A stretch of 64,000 bases of DNA from Parcubacteria group bacterium (GCA_943357895.1 CALRGO010000002.1:25926-89925); one strand, 5' to 3'. Numbered from the stretch's first letter, positions 8,823-17,069 are shown. A program made the numbers and translations. Notes: generated by a model from the sequence alone, not told the origin.

Positions 8823-9407
8823 ATGCAGCGAACTGTTAATGATCTTATCAGGCAAGATGTTTTTACTACGGGAGAGATCGCCTTGCTTTGGGATGTTGCG
8901 CCCCGTACGGTTACTAAGATGACTGATCGTACCCACAATCCCTTACCGTCATATCGTATCGGCGATGGTCTTGATAGACGCATGCCTCGTGACACGCTTC
9001 TCATTTTCATGAAGGCGCATCATATTCCCCTTATGCGTTTAGAAGATCCTTCGTTTCCGCGGGTTTTATTTGTTTGTACGAACAAAGACATCGTCGAAGG
9101 ATTTTCAGGGCAGAGCTTCTCGGTACGTTTCGCCGGCAACTTACTTGACGCTGGTATCGAGTTGCAGTCATTTTGGCCCGCATTAGTCATTTTGGATTAC
9201 GATTTCTGTCCTGATGCAGATGTGGTCTGTGCGCAGGTACGGGCGTATCCAACTAATCCCCTCGTTATCGGCATTGGAATGGATATGAATATTCCTCATG
9301 AGTATGTGAATTCATTCATTGATAAGAAGTTAGCCATTGAAGGTTTGCTTCAGGTTGACGTTGGTCGTTTGCTGGCTAAGCGGTACGAAAAGAAAGGTGA
9401 CGAGTGA
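8823..9407 (+). CDS. Excisionase-type HTH plus degenerate receiver-domain regulator
   Basis: VFTTGEIA...VAPRTVTK...YRI....DRRMPR; C-terminal REC-like PRVLFV...WPALVILD; SD supports ATG 8823. Confidence 0.8.
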   Translation: MQRTVNDLIRQDVFTTGEIALLWDVAPRTVTKMTDRTHNPLPSYRIGDGLDRRMPRDTLLIFMKAHHIPLMRLEDPSFPRVLFVCTNKDIVEGFSGQSFSVRFAGNLLDAGIELQSFWPALVILDYDFCPDADVVCAQVRAYPTNPLVIGIGMDMNIPHEYVNSFIDKKLAIEGLLQVDVGRLLAKRYEKKGDE

Positions 9408-9434
9408 AGACCTTCTATCCGCCGGCACATGGTG

Positions 9435-9472
9435 AACCGCCTCTCATTTTTTCGAATGGGTGGCGGTTTTTT
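9435..9472 (+). terminator. Intrinsic terminator
   Basis: AACCGCC...GGCGGTT followed by a T-run. Confidence 0.6.
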
Positions 9473-9473
9473 A

Positions 9474-10223
9474 TTACGTAATAAAGCGGGAAAGTATGCC
9501 AGTAAATTTTTCCGGCTGTTCGCTAAAGCAATAATGTCCTGTGCCTTCAATAACTTCGAGGCGGGCGTTCGGGATGAGTTTCGTTATATGTTTGCCGTAC
9601 GTAAGTGGGGCTGTAACGTCCTTATCACCCCAGATTATGAGCGTATCGGTTTTAATATGCGGTAAGAGCGGGTCGAGGTTTTCGTTGATAATATTTACGA
9701 ACGTTTTTTGGAGGTCGGGGGTTGCAAGGTAGTCTTCTGCGCCCATCGCGGCGTACAATTTTTTGCGGAGCGGAGCCATGAAGTGCGGCGTGAAAAAGGG
9801 CTTCGCAATTTTTGCGAGGCAAGCTTTTATTTCCATAAAGTTTGGCCGTGAGCCGCCACTTGCGACGAGTACGAGCTTATCCATGAAATTTGGATTTTCT
9901 ACAGCGAGCTTTACGGCGATGCGCGCGCCGGCGGAGTGGCCGATGACGGCATGAATTTTTATGTCGAGTTTTTCGGCGAATAGACGTACGGTTTCGGCAT
10001 AGTCATGGAGCATATATGGCTTTTTTGGCGTTTCTGATACGCCGAATCCAGGAAGGTCGATAAAAATAAGGCGGTAACCGGAATCTTCCATAGAACGGGC
10101 TATTGGAAGCCATGCTTCTTTATTCGATCTCCAGCCATGGAGAAAGATAAGGGAGTGGTCGCCGCGTCCGGCGGTGACGTAGGATACAATAGATTCGTTG
10201 ATGATGATTTGTTTGTTTTCCAT
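9474..10223 (-). CDS. Alpha/beta hydrolase
   Basis: FLHGW, DLPGFG, GHSAG nucleophile, WGDKD and GHY triad motifs. Confidence 0.92.
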   Translation of the reverse strand: MENKQIIINESIVSYVTAGRGDHSLIFLHGWRSNKEAWLPIARSMEDSGYRLIFIDLPGFGVSETPKKPYMLHDYAETVRLFAEKLDIKIHAVIGHSAGARIAVKLAVENPNFMDKLVLVASGGSRPNFMEIKACLAKIAKPFFTPHFMAPLRKKLYAAMGAEDYLATPDLQKTFVNIINENLDPLLPHIKTDTLIIWGDKDVTAPLTYGKHITKLIPNARLEVIEGTGHYCFSEQPEKFTGILSRFIT

Positions 10224-10323
10224 AGTTTGCCTGCACCGTAGCTCGATACGTGGTATCGAGCGGGCGTAAATGTTCGTCCTCGTCGCACAAATAAAATATC
10301 TTTTTTCAAAGATATTTTATTTG

Positions 10324-10395
10324 TGCTCCCACGGAGAATCGAACTCCGGTTTCGACGATGAGAACGTCACGTCCTAACCACTAGACGATAGGAGC
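10324..10395 (-). tRNA. tRNA-Glu (CTC), CCA not encoded
   Basis: Cloverleaf GCTCCTATCGTCTAGTGGTTAGGACGTGACG-TTCTCAT-CGTCGAAACCGGAGTTCGATTCTCCGTGGGAGCA. Confidence 0.95.
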
Positions 10396-10401
10396 TGAGA
10401 A

Positions 10402-11574
10402 TCAGTAGCCTCTTTTTGAGATTGATCCTAGCGTTTCAATAACCGCTTCGAGTCCCTGTCCGCTTACGAGAACGAGGTCGTCGCGTTCGATGATAGCTTG
10501 CAATTCGGCTGCCGCCGCTTCCCCGTTATTAAAGTGTATTTTCTTCTTACTGTCAACGTTTATAGGGCCCTCCCCTACCGTTAATATGGCGTCACACGCC
10601 TTAATTGCGAGCTTGTTTAACGCGTCTTGCATGCGCCATTCGTCACCGCGCTTTCGTGCCGTGCCAAATACGCCGATTACGCGTTTTGCGGGCATGCTAC
10701 TAATTGCCTCGAGGGCATTGAGTAGCGCTTCTTCGGTTTCGGCTCCCGTATCATTTACAACATATGTCCCTTTTTTGCCTATCAAAAAGCTCATGCGGCC
10801 TTTTGGTAGTTCAATATAGCGTAATGCCCCTGCGGTGCGAGCGAGATGCAAACCAAACGCCGTACCAACGCACATTGCGGCTGCTGCTGCATATGCAGCG
10901 GCTTTGCCGAAGGCGTTATCCATTGCAATATGTGCGGATTGGTTACCATATGTGGCGGTAAAGGAGATGCCGGCGGGTTTCTGTATGCCTTGCGCTTTTT
11001 CTGACCGATAGGCGAGATTGCTGATTACGAGATCTACTCCATCTTCGAATCCAAATGTTATTGCGCGCGCACGGGTGCGGAGTGCAATTGCGCGCGCTCG
11101 TTCGTCGTCGCGGCATATGACGGCGTAGCCGTTGGATGGTAGGTCCCCTAAAAGCCGCCCTGCATCGGCTTCATTTTCCTTTGCTATTGCCGTTACAATG
11201 GTTATTTGCGGGCGGGTAAGGGAGGTAAATTCACGAGATCTACCTTCGGGGCATTCAAGGATAAGTAATTCGGGATAGTGGGGAGATATGTATGCTGTTT
11301 TAAATGCCTTCCACGCTATGCGCATGGAAAAGAGGATGTCAGTATCTTCCGTATCAATGCCGAGTGCGGCAAAGGGAAGGCGCATATGCTCGCTTATTTC
11401 TTCGCTTGTCGTATGCATTGACCGGATATCCGCGAGAATACCAATAAGCGCTGCTTGCGTTGTTGTTTTGCCGATCCCGCCCGTTATTGCAATGACGCCC
11501 GGTTCGAATTTTTTAATTGCGCGTCGCGCGCAATGCATAACAAACAAATCGCGCTTTTCAGAAATAAAAGACAT
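10402..11574 (-). CDS. Degenerate Mur-ligase-family protein
   Basis: VIAITGGIGKTTT P-loop and PKGRM...GKKG...VVND retained; several other ligase motifs altered. Confidence 0.8.
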   Translation of the reverse strand: MSFISEKRDLFVMHCARRAIKKFEPGVIAITGGIGKTTTQAALIGILADIRSMHTTSEEISEHMRLPFAALGIDTEDTDILFSMRIAWKAFKTAYISPHYPELLILECPEGRSREFTSLTRPQITIVTAIAKENEADAGRLLGDLPSNGYAVICRDDERARAIALRTRARAITFGFEDGVDLVISNLAYRSEKAQGIQKPAGISFTATYGNQSAHIAMDNAFGKAAAYAAAAAMCVGTAFGLHLARTAGALRYIELPKGRMSFLIGKKGTYVVNDTGAETEEALLNALEAISSMPAKRVIGVFGTARKRGDEWRMQDALNKLAIKACDAILTVGEGPINVDSKKKIHFNNGEAAAAELQAIIERDDLVLVSGQGLEAVIETLGSISKRGY

Positions 11575-11578
11575 ACGA

Positions 11579-13231
11579 CTACCGTATCACAGCTTCTTGT
11601 TTTAAGTTGTCGGGCGGAATGCCGTAATAATCGATTATAAATTCAGCAAGCTTACGAAACGCAGGTACGACGGTTGTTCCTGCAAGTGGTGCCCCCGCAG
11701 GCTTGTCGAGTTTGATAAGTATGGTTATGCGGGGCTTTGAGGCGGGAAAGAATCCCGTATAGGTATTGATAACGTCCTTCGTGTAGCCGCCACGCACGAA
11801 GTCGACTGCTTGGGCGGTTCCGGTTTTTCCTGCGACGGTAAAATTGGGAATATCCGCCACGTGAGCCTTTTTAACAGCAGATACCATCATCGCTGTGGTT
11901 TTATTCGCTACCTCTTTACTTAGTACCGTGCGCACTAGCTTCGGCTCTGTATTTTTAGTAATAAAAGGCTTCATAAGTGTGCCGCCGTTGCCGATAGTCG
12001 AAATTGCCGTGATGAGTTGTATCGGGGTTACTGCTATGCCTTGCCCGAAGGAGGCGGTAGCAAAGTCGATATCTGCCGTATGCGTTTTTATGTTCTTTAA
12101 GTTGCCCGCGACTTCACCCGGTAGTTCAATGCCCGTCACTTCGCCGAGGCCAAAGGCTGTCACGTATTTGTAAAAGGGCGCGTTGCCGATTTTTGTTTGC
12201 ATAAAAGCGGCACCGGTATTTAACGACTCTTCAATAATATTTGTCATCGTCACCGTGCCATGTGCCTTTAAGTCCCAATTACGAATGACCGCACCGTCAT
12301 CAAACTTTAAGGCGCCAGTGTCGTAGTAGGTTGTCCCCTCCGTGAACGATTTTGTGTCGAGCCCAATTGCTGCGGTAATAACTTTGAAAACTGATCCCGG
12401 TTCGTACCGCGCCTGCACGGCAGGGTTTGTAAGGTTTTTAAGCGGAGAGTCGGAATACGACGCGGGGTCGAAGTCTGGCGCGGATGCCATAGCGAGAATC
12501 TTTCCTGTTTCTGGCTCCTGTACGATTATTGTCCCCCCTTCCGCCCGCTTTTCTTTAATTAATCCTTTCAATATTTTTTCGGCTTCTGTTTGTATTTGTC
12601 GGTCGATAGTGAGATTGATATTTGCTCCCTGCTCGGGCTCAGTGATAGCGCCGTTTTCGAGCGAACCCGCTACCCCCGCGAGATCTTTTTCAAAATGCTT
12701 TTCGATGCCGTAACGGCCAACAAGGCCATTATCGTCGCCCGAGGGAGCTACGAAGCCAACGACGTGGCTCGCAAGCGTGCTTAATCCATAAAGCCGCTTT
12801 TCCTGCTCGTCCATACGAATACCCGTAATATCAGCTTCGGCGATTTGGGTAATCTGTTCGGGTGTCGGATCTTTAAGGAGTACTTGGTATGAGCCTTTTT
12901 TAGTGAGAATGGCGCGTAGCGCATCTGCCTCCATGCTGAGTATTGGGCTCAAGTTTTCGACCGCTGCATCAATATCTTTTATTTCACGTGGTACGGCGAT
13001 GACTACTTGGTGAGGTTGGTTGGACGCTATGGGGAATACGTCATCGTTCTTGTCAGTTACGGTTATAAGTCCGCGGTGCGGCTCTATAAAACCTGCAAGA
13101 CGATATTGGGTTGCTGCGCGTAAAGAGTAAAATGACCCCTTTGCAATTTGGAGGTCGTAGAGCTGTAGGCCGAGCACGATGTACGCTACGGTGATGCCGG
13201 AGAAAACTGCGTATGACCGTAGCGATTTCAT
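11579..13231 (-). CDS. ftsI: Class B penicillin-binding protein (FtsI-like)
   Basis: YEPGSVFK (SxxK), SLN (SxN), AGKTGTAQ; dcw position. Confidence 0.9.
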   Translation of the reverse strand: MKSLRSYAVFSGITVAYIVLGLQLYDLQIAKGSFYSLRAATQYRLAGFIEPHRGLITVTDKNDDVFPIASNQPHQVVIAVPREIKDIDAAVENLSPILSMEADALRAILTKKGSYQVLLKDPTPEQITQIAEADITGIRMDEQEKRLYGLSTLASHVVGFVAPSGDDNGLVGRYGIEKHFEKDLAGVAGSLENGAITEPEQGANINLTIDRQIQTEAEKILKGLIKEKRAEGGTIIVQEPETGKILAMASAPDFDPASYSDSPLKNLTNPAVQARYEPGSVFKVITAAIGLDTKSFTEGTTYYDTGALKFDDGAVIRNWDLKAHGTVTMTNIIEESLNTGAAFMQTKIGNAPFYKYVTAFGLGEVTGIELPGEVAGNLKNIKTHTADIDFATASFGQGIAVTPIQLITAISTIGNGGTLMKPFITKNTEPKLVRTVLSKEVANKTTAMMVSAVKKAHVADIPNFTVAGKTGTAQAVDFVRGGYTKDVINTYTGFFPASKPRITILIKLDKPAGAPLAGTTVVPAFRKLAEFIIDYYGIPPDNLKQEAVIR

Positions 13232-13522
13232 TTAAGACTGGAGATAGCGGGGGGAAGTTATTTTTATGAATCCGTATTCTTTTACGAGGCGCTCTATATT
13301 CGCGCCATTTACCGCTTCGTACCAACTGTTTTTAAGCGTCGCATTTTCTGCACGTGCGGCGTCGTATGTTTTTTGTTCCGTTTGTACGTCGTGCGTGACG
13401 GCCACTGTTTTAGTATACACTACGGCGTTCAGACCGGTAAGCGCGATTATAAATATAAGCCCAATAACGAGCACTGGATTAGTTTTTGAGCGTTTTATTT
13501 TTTTTAGGTGGATGATTGTCAT
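13232..13522 (-). CDS. FtsL-like cell division protein
   Basis: Single TM followed by coiled coil; lies between rsmH and ftsI. Confidence 0.6.
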   Translation of the reverse strand: MTIIHLKKIKRSKTNPVLVIGLIFIIALTGLNAVVYTKTVAVTHDVQTEQKTYDAARAENATLKNSWYEAVNGANIERLVKEYGFIKITSPRYLQS

Positions 13523-13526
13523 GCGA

Positions 13527-13561
13527 TGAGTGGGTAGTGGTTAGTGAGTAGTGGATAGAGA
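13527..13561 (-). repeat. Five degenerate heptamer units spanning the rsmH stop/ftsL-like start
   Basis: Minus strand: tctctat ccactac tcactaa ccactac ccactca. Confidence 0.6.
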
Positions 13562-14461
13562 CGGGTTTACTATACAGATTCTTAATTTTGCGGAACGGGC
13601 GCGGGGATTTATTTTTATTTCTTCGTCGCTCGGGATGATAGGCTTTTTTGTGATGAGCGTTATCTTCCCCTCCTTCGCTAGTTCGCGAAACCGGTGTTTC
13701 ACGATACGGTCTTCAAGTGAATGGAAGGATATGATAGCGACCCGTCCGCCGGAGGCGACCACATTCGGTAGGTTTTTGATAGCAGTCTCCACATTTTCCA
13801 GTTCCCTATTAGCGTAGATACGGAGCGCCATGAAGGTGCGCGTTGCGGGGTGGATGCGATATTTTTTTCCTTGATTGGGCACCGCGCGCATGATTGCCGC
13901 TACGAGTTGCCCTGTTGTTTCAACGGGCATAGCGCCTTTTATTTCGCGTGCGATGCGCGCGGCGTAGCGTTCTTCGCCGTAGGTTTTTATAATCGCGGCT
14001 AAATCGTCTTCGCTTACGTGCTTTAAAATATCCGCAATGGTTTCTTCGTTGTCGCTGTAGGTCATAATTAAAGGCTCGTCTTCGCTAAAGCTGAAGCCGC
14101 GGCCGGAGTGGTGTAGTTCGTCGGACGAAATACCGAGGTCAAGTATCACAGCGTTCGCTTTTGGGAAGAGACTTAGCCGCGCGATATCTGCCATTTCGGC
14201 AAAGTTGCCCACGGCGCAGGTGACGCGCGTGTCTTCTGCGTAGCGTTCCGCACAGCCCCGTACCGCGTGTTCGTTCCAATCTATGGCGAGTAGTTTTCCG
14301 TTTGCGCCGATGCGTTCCAAAATAAGCGCCGAGTGGCCGCCCGCGCCGTAGGTACCGTCTATTATCGCGTCGCCTGCTTTGGGTATTATCGCGTCTACCG
14401 TTTCATTAAGCATGACGGGGATGTGCGCGGTGGTGGCGAGCGTTGTGTTCATATGCGTCAA
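13541..14461 (-). CDS. rsmH: 16S rRNA m4C1402 methyltransferase
   Basis: HIPVML, DGTYGAGGHS, DLGISS, HPATRTFMALRI, ISFHSLEDRIVK, NPRARSAKLR. Confidence 0.97.
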   Translation of the reverse strand: MTHMNTTLATTAHIPVMLNETVDAIIPKAGDAIIDGTYGAGGHSALILERIGANGKLLAIDWNEHAVRGCAERYAEDTRVTCAVGNFAEMADIARLSLFPKANAVILDLGISSDELHHSGRGFSFSEDEPLIMTYSDNEETIADILKHVSEDDLAAIIKTYGEERYAARIAREIKGAMPVETTGQLVAAIMRAVPNQGKKYRIHPATRTFMALRIYANRELENVETAIKNLPNVVASGGRVAIISFHSLEDRIVKHRFRELAKEGKITLITKKPIIPSDEEIKINPRARSAKLRICIVNPSLSTTH

Positions 14462-14889
14462 ATGCCGAGCTCCGAAAGGCGCGAAGCGATTTCGTTCGAC
14501 TGTGATTCGGTTTCGGCCTTATATTTTTTCCACGCCTCGTCGTGCCAGATTTCGATGCGGCTGTAGAGACCCACGACAACCGCCTGTTTGGTAATAGATG
14601 CGTAGGTGCGCAGATAATCGGGTACTAAAATACGGCCCTGCGCGTCGAGCGGGGCTTCCATGGCGCCTGCGAGCATTAAGCGGCCGAAGGCGCGGGCGCT
14701 TACGTCCGTAATAGGGAGCGCGGCTAATTTTTTGGCTAATTCTTCCCAGTCTGATCCGGAGAATAAAAAAAGACAGCGGTCGAGGCCGCGCGTGATTACG
14801 GCACGTTCACCGAGCGTTGCGCGGAACTTTGCGGGGATGGCGATGCGTCCCTTTTCGTCCGTACTGTGCTGATATTCGCCGATAAACAT
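14458..14889 (-). CDS. mraZ: Division/cell-wall cluster regulator MraZ
   Basis: MFIGEYQHSTDEKGRIAIPAKFR, DAQGRILVP, RIEIW. Confidence 0.97.
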   Translation of the reverse strand: MFIGEYQHSTDEKGRIAIPAKFRATLGERAVITRGLDRCLFLFSGSDWEELAKKLAALPITDVSARAFGRLMLAGAMEAPLDAQGRILVPDYLRTYASITKQAVVVGLYSRIEIWHDEAWKKYKAETESQSNEIASRLSELGI

Positions 14890-14904
14890 GCGTGTATTAA
14901 AAAG

Positions 14905-15005
14905 TTATCCCCTGATTAGCGTGTTATCCCCATAGTTATCCACTCTTCCCCACAAATCCATATTTAAATAGTACTCCTCCCCACTTTGGGGTCAACTGTG
15001 GATAA
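14905..15005 (-). promoter_or_regulatory. mraZ promoter with MraZ-box repeats and DnaA-like boxes
   Basis: GTGGG-N5-GTGGA-N5-ATGGG (14953-14929, 10-nt period); TTGACC-16 nt-TACTAT; perfect DnaA box 14997-15005. Confidence 0.7.
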
Positions 15006-15008
15006 CCT

Positions 15009-15208
15009 CGAATCCGCGGTGCTATGGGGACCCGTTACGACGCATGTAAATACAACCTCTTTCGTCGTTAGAAGCGACGTAAAAAACAGAACTTAACCTC
15101 AGCGCAAGCGATTCGGGATTCAGACAGTAGTTTTTTACTGCTTCTTTCCTCCTCTTTCGGGTATTTACTATGCGTCTCCACTTAGGTCCCCATAGCACCG
15201 CGGATTCG
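15009..15208. mobile_element. MITE-like 200-bp palindromic rod
   Basis: 24-bp perfect terminal inverted repeat CGAATCCGCGGTGCTATGGGGACC; further nested internal pairings. Confidence 0.6.
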
Positions 15209-15233
15209 TTTCGTTTATAGGGAAAGTTTGTAT

Positions 15234-15260
15234 AAAAAAGCCGGACGAGATGTCCGGCTT
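15234..15260 (-). terminator. Intrinsic terminator of the 15281..15646 gene
   Basis: AAGCCGGAC-ATCTC-GTCCGGCTTTTTT on the minus strand. Confidence 0.75.
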
Positions 15261-15280
15261 AGAAGATGACTATATACAGA

Positions 15281-15646
15281 TCAAGACAGGGTTGGTTGGG
15301 GAATCCGACGCGTGTCTGCGTTTTGTGGCTTCGTAATTGCTTTCGGCAAATAATTTTTTTGGAGGCGTATGATGATTTCGTGCGCCCACGCTTCGGTGAG
15401 GTCGGGGTATTCGGCACAACCGCCTGCGCGCGTCGCGATGAATCCATAGCGGTATTGCCGTCGCATACTGAGTCCAAGGACTATCGTGCCGATACCGTAT
15501 TCACCGTAGCGCTGGCCTAAGATGCACTGTTCGTTATCAGCGAGATTCAGAGTACTTAGGTCGACATTATTTTCCCAGTCCGGACGCTCGCGGTCCATGA
15601 AGGCGGCTCCGCGTGCTACTCGGTGTTCAATAGATGTTTTCTGCAT
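15281..15646 (-). CDS. Hypothetical protein, phage-like small family
   Basis: RVARGAAFMD...W...VDL.TL.L.....CILGQ.YG.Y motif; own promoter TTGACG-18 nt-TACGCT and AAGGAG SD. Confidence 0.7.
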   Translation of the reverse strand: MQKTSIEHRVARGAAFMDRERPDWENNVDLSTLNLADNEQCILGQRYGEYGIGTIVLGLSMRRQYRYGFIATRAGGCAEYPDLTEAWAHEIIIRLQKNYLPKAITKPQNADTRRIPQPTLS

Positions 15647-15805
15647 TAGTCAGTCTCCTTTGTTTGCGTTGTGATATGACGCCCGAATAGGGGCTTGGAA
15701 AAGACGCTATAAATAGCGTATGAAGTTTATTAGTAGAACGTCAACTGTGTGCGGTCGCGCTCGTAAGCGCGACACTCCAAGCAAAAAGATAACCTTTTTG
15801 CTTTC

Positions 15806-15935
15806 CGCATTACTGGAATCGGACCAGTGACCTAAAAGGAATCGTCCTCGTCGCTGCGGCTTCCCTCGGATGTGATTTTAAAATCATAACCTCACGCGGC
15901 TCGGGATAGATTTTAAAATCAGGGACGCTCTACCA
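15806..15935 (-). pseudogene. Interrupted partial copy of tRNA-Val with an 88-nt insert replacing the anticodon region
   Basis: 15922-15935 is identical to the D-arm/anticodon-stem segment; 15806-15833 matches the T-arm/acceptor segment with 2 substitutions. Confidence 0.75.
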
Positions 15936-15943
15936 TTGCTTAT

Positions 15944-16018
15944 TGGTGCGCATTGCTGGAATCGGACCAGCGACCTTTCCGATGTGAACGGGACGCTCTA
16001 CCACTGAGCTAAATGCGC
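15944..16018 (-). tRNA. tRNA-Val (CAC), CCA encoded
   Basis: GCGCATTTAGCTCAGTGGTAGAGCGTCCCG-TTCACAT-CGGAAAGGTCGCTGGTCCGATTCCAGCAATGCGCACCA. Confidence 0.93.
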
Positions 16019-16038
16019 TTACTTTTCGTATCCATAGT

Positions 16039-16076
16039 AAACAAAAACAGCCTTTTTGGAAAGGCTGTTTTTGTTT
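16039..16076 (-). terminator. rplJL terminator
   Basis: AAACAAAAACAGCCTTT-loop-AAAGGCTGTTTTTGTTT hairpin. Confidence 0.8.
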
Positions 16077-16091
16077 GGGTTAACCGTAAAA

Positions 16092-16466
16092 CTATTGCAG
16101 TTCGACGATTGCGCCGGCGGCTTCGAGCTTCTTTTTGAAGTCTTCCGCTTCGTCTTTTTTCAATCCTTCTTTCGCTACCTTCGGTACGCCGTCGACGATT
16201 GCCTTCGCTTCCTGTAACCCAAGTCCCAAGACTTCCTTGATGACCTTGATTACTTGAATCTTCTGGCTACCACCGTCCTTCAAGAGGACGTTCCATGCGG
16301 TCTTTTCGTCTGCTGCAGCTGCGTCACCCGCGCCCGCACCTGCGGCTACGCCTACCGGCATTGCGGCCGAGATACCGAATTTTTCTTCCATCGCCTTTAC
16401 GAGCTCAGAGAGCTCAAGGGCGTTGAAGCCTGCTATCTTTTCTAAAATGTCGTTGAATTTTTCCAT
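16092..16466 (-). CDS. rplL: 50S ribosomal protein L7/L12
   Basis: [47 protein letters not shown]. Confidence 0.98.
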   Translation of the reverse strand: MEKFNDILEKIAGFNALELSELVKAMEEKFGISAAMPVGVAAGAGAGDAAAADEKTAWNVLLKDGGSQKIQVIKVIKEVLGLGLQEAKAIVDGVPKVAKEGLKKDEAEDFKKKLEAAGAIVELQ

Positions 16467-16479
16467 TGTCGTTTAGTTA

Positions 16480-16986
16480 TTAGTTTGTCTGCTTCGCCCT
16501 TTCGTTTAACGCCACCATAACCTTCTTTATCGGCATGGTAAGCATGAACGCGATCTGCGTAAGAAGTACTTCGCGCGACGGGAGCTTGGCAATTGCCACG
16601 AATTCCGCAGGCGTAATTTCTTTTTTAGTTACGAGGTCTACCCCGCCCAAAATCTGCAAGTTCTTCTTCGTTTTCGCGATTTCTTTTACCAATGCGTGGA
16701 TTTTTCCGGCGATTTCGAACACTTCAAGTGGGCTCGCGATCATGCCTGCCTGTTGTTCAAACTTCGTCGAGGGGTCGAAGTCGATCCCTTTGTTCTTAAG
16801 CGCAATGCGCAAAAGACGCTTTTTGATGACGGTGAAGCTTCCGCCCATTTCGCGCATTAATATGCGCAATTTGCGTACGTGCGCCGTTGGCACGCTCGTG
16901 AAGTCGGCGAACAAGATGTTCTTGCTTTTACCGATAATTTCTTCGCCAAGCGCGACCGCCTGCTTTTTTTCTTCTTTAGTTAGCAT
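16480..16986 (-). CDS. rplJ: 50S ribosomal protein L10
   Basis: VIKKRLLRIAL and IAKLPSREVLL motifs; directly upstream of rplL. Confidence 0.95.
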   Translation of the reverse strand: MLTKEEKKQAVALGEEIIGKSKNILFADFTSVPTAHVRKLRILMREMGGSFTVIKKRLLRIALKNKGIDFDPSTKFEQQAGMIASPLEVFEIAGKIHALVKEIAKTKKNLQILGGVDLVTKKEITPAEFVAIAKLPSREVLLTQIAFMLTMPIKKVMVALNERAKQTN

Positions 16987-17007
16987 TGTTTGGGTTTATT
17001 TGATGGC

Positions 17008-17039
17008 ATCCCCCTTCGCCTAAAAGGCTTCGGAGGGAT
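17008..17039. repeat. Short REP-like imperfect palindrome in the rplJ leader
   Basis: ATCCCCCTTCGCCTAAAAGGCTTCGGAGGGAT. Confidence 0.45.
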
Positions 17040-17069
17040 TGTTATTTTTTAGCATATGCAAAAAATTAA

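Noticed and set aside
14900-15010. Replication origin at the DnaA-box cluster
   Set aside because: Only one perfect box, no clear unwinding element and no dnaA/dnaN nearby; better explained as the mraZ promoter.
15281-15943. Prophage or integrative element at tRNA-Val
   Set aside because: The duplicated tRNA 3' half is only about 110 nt from the gene, the orphan lies outside it, and no integrase is present.
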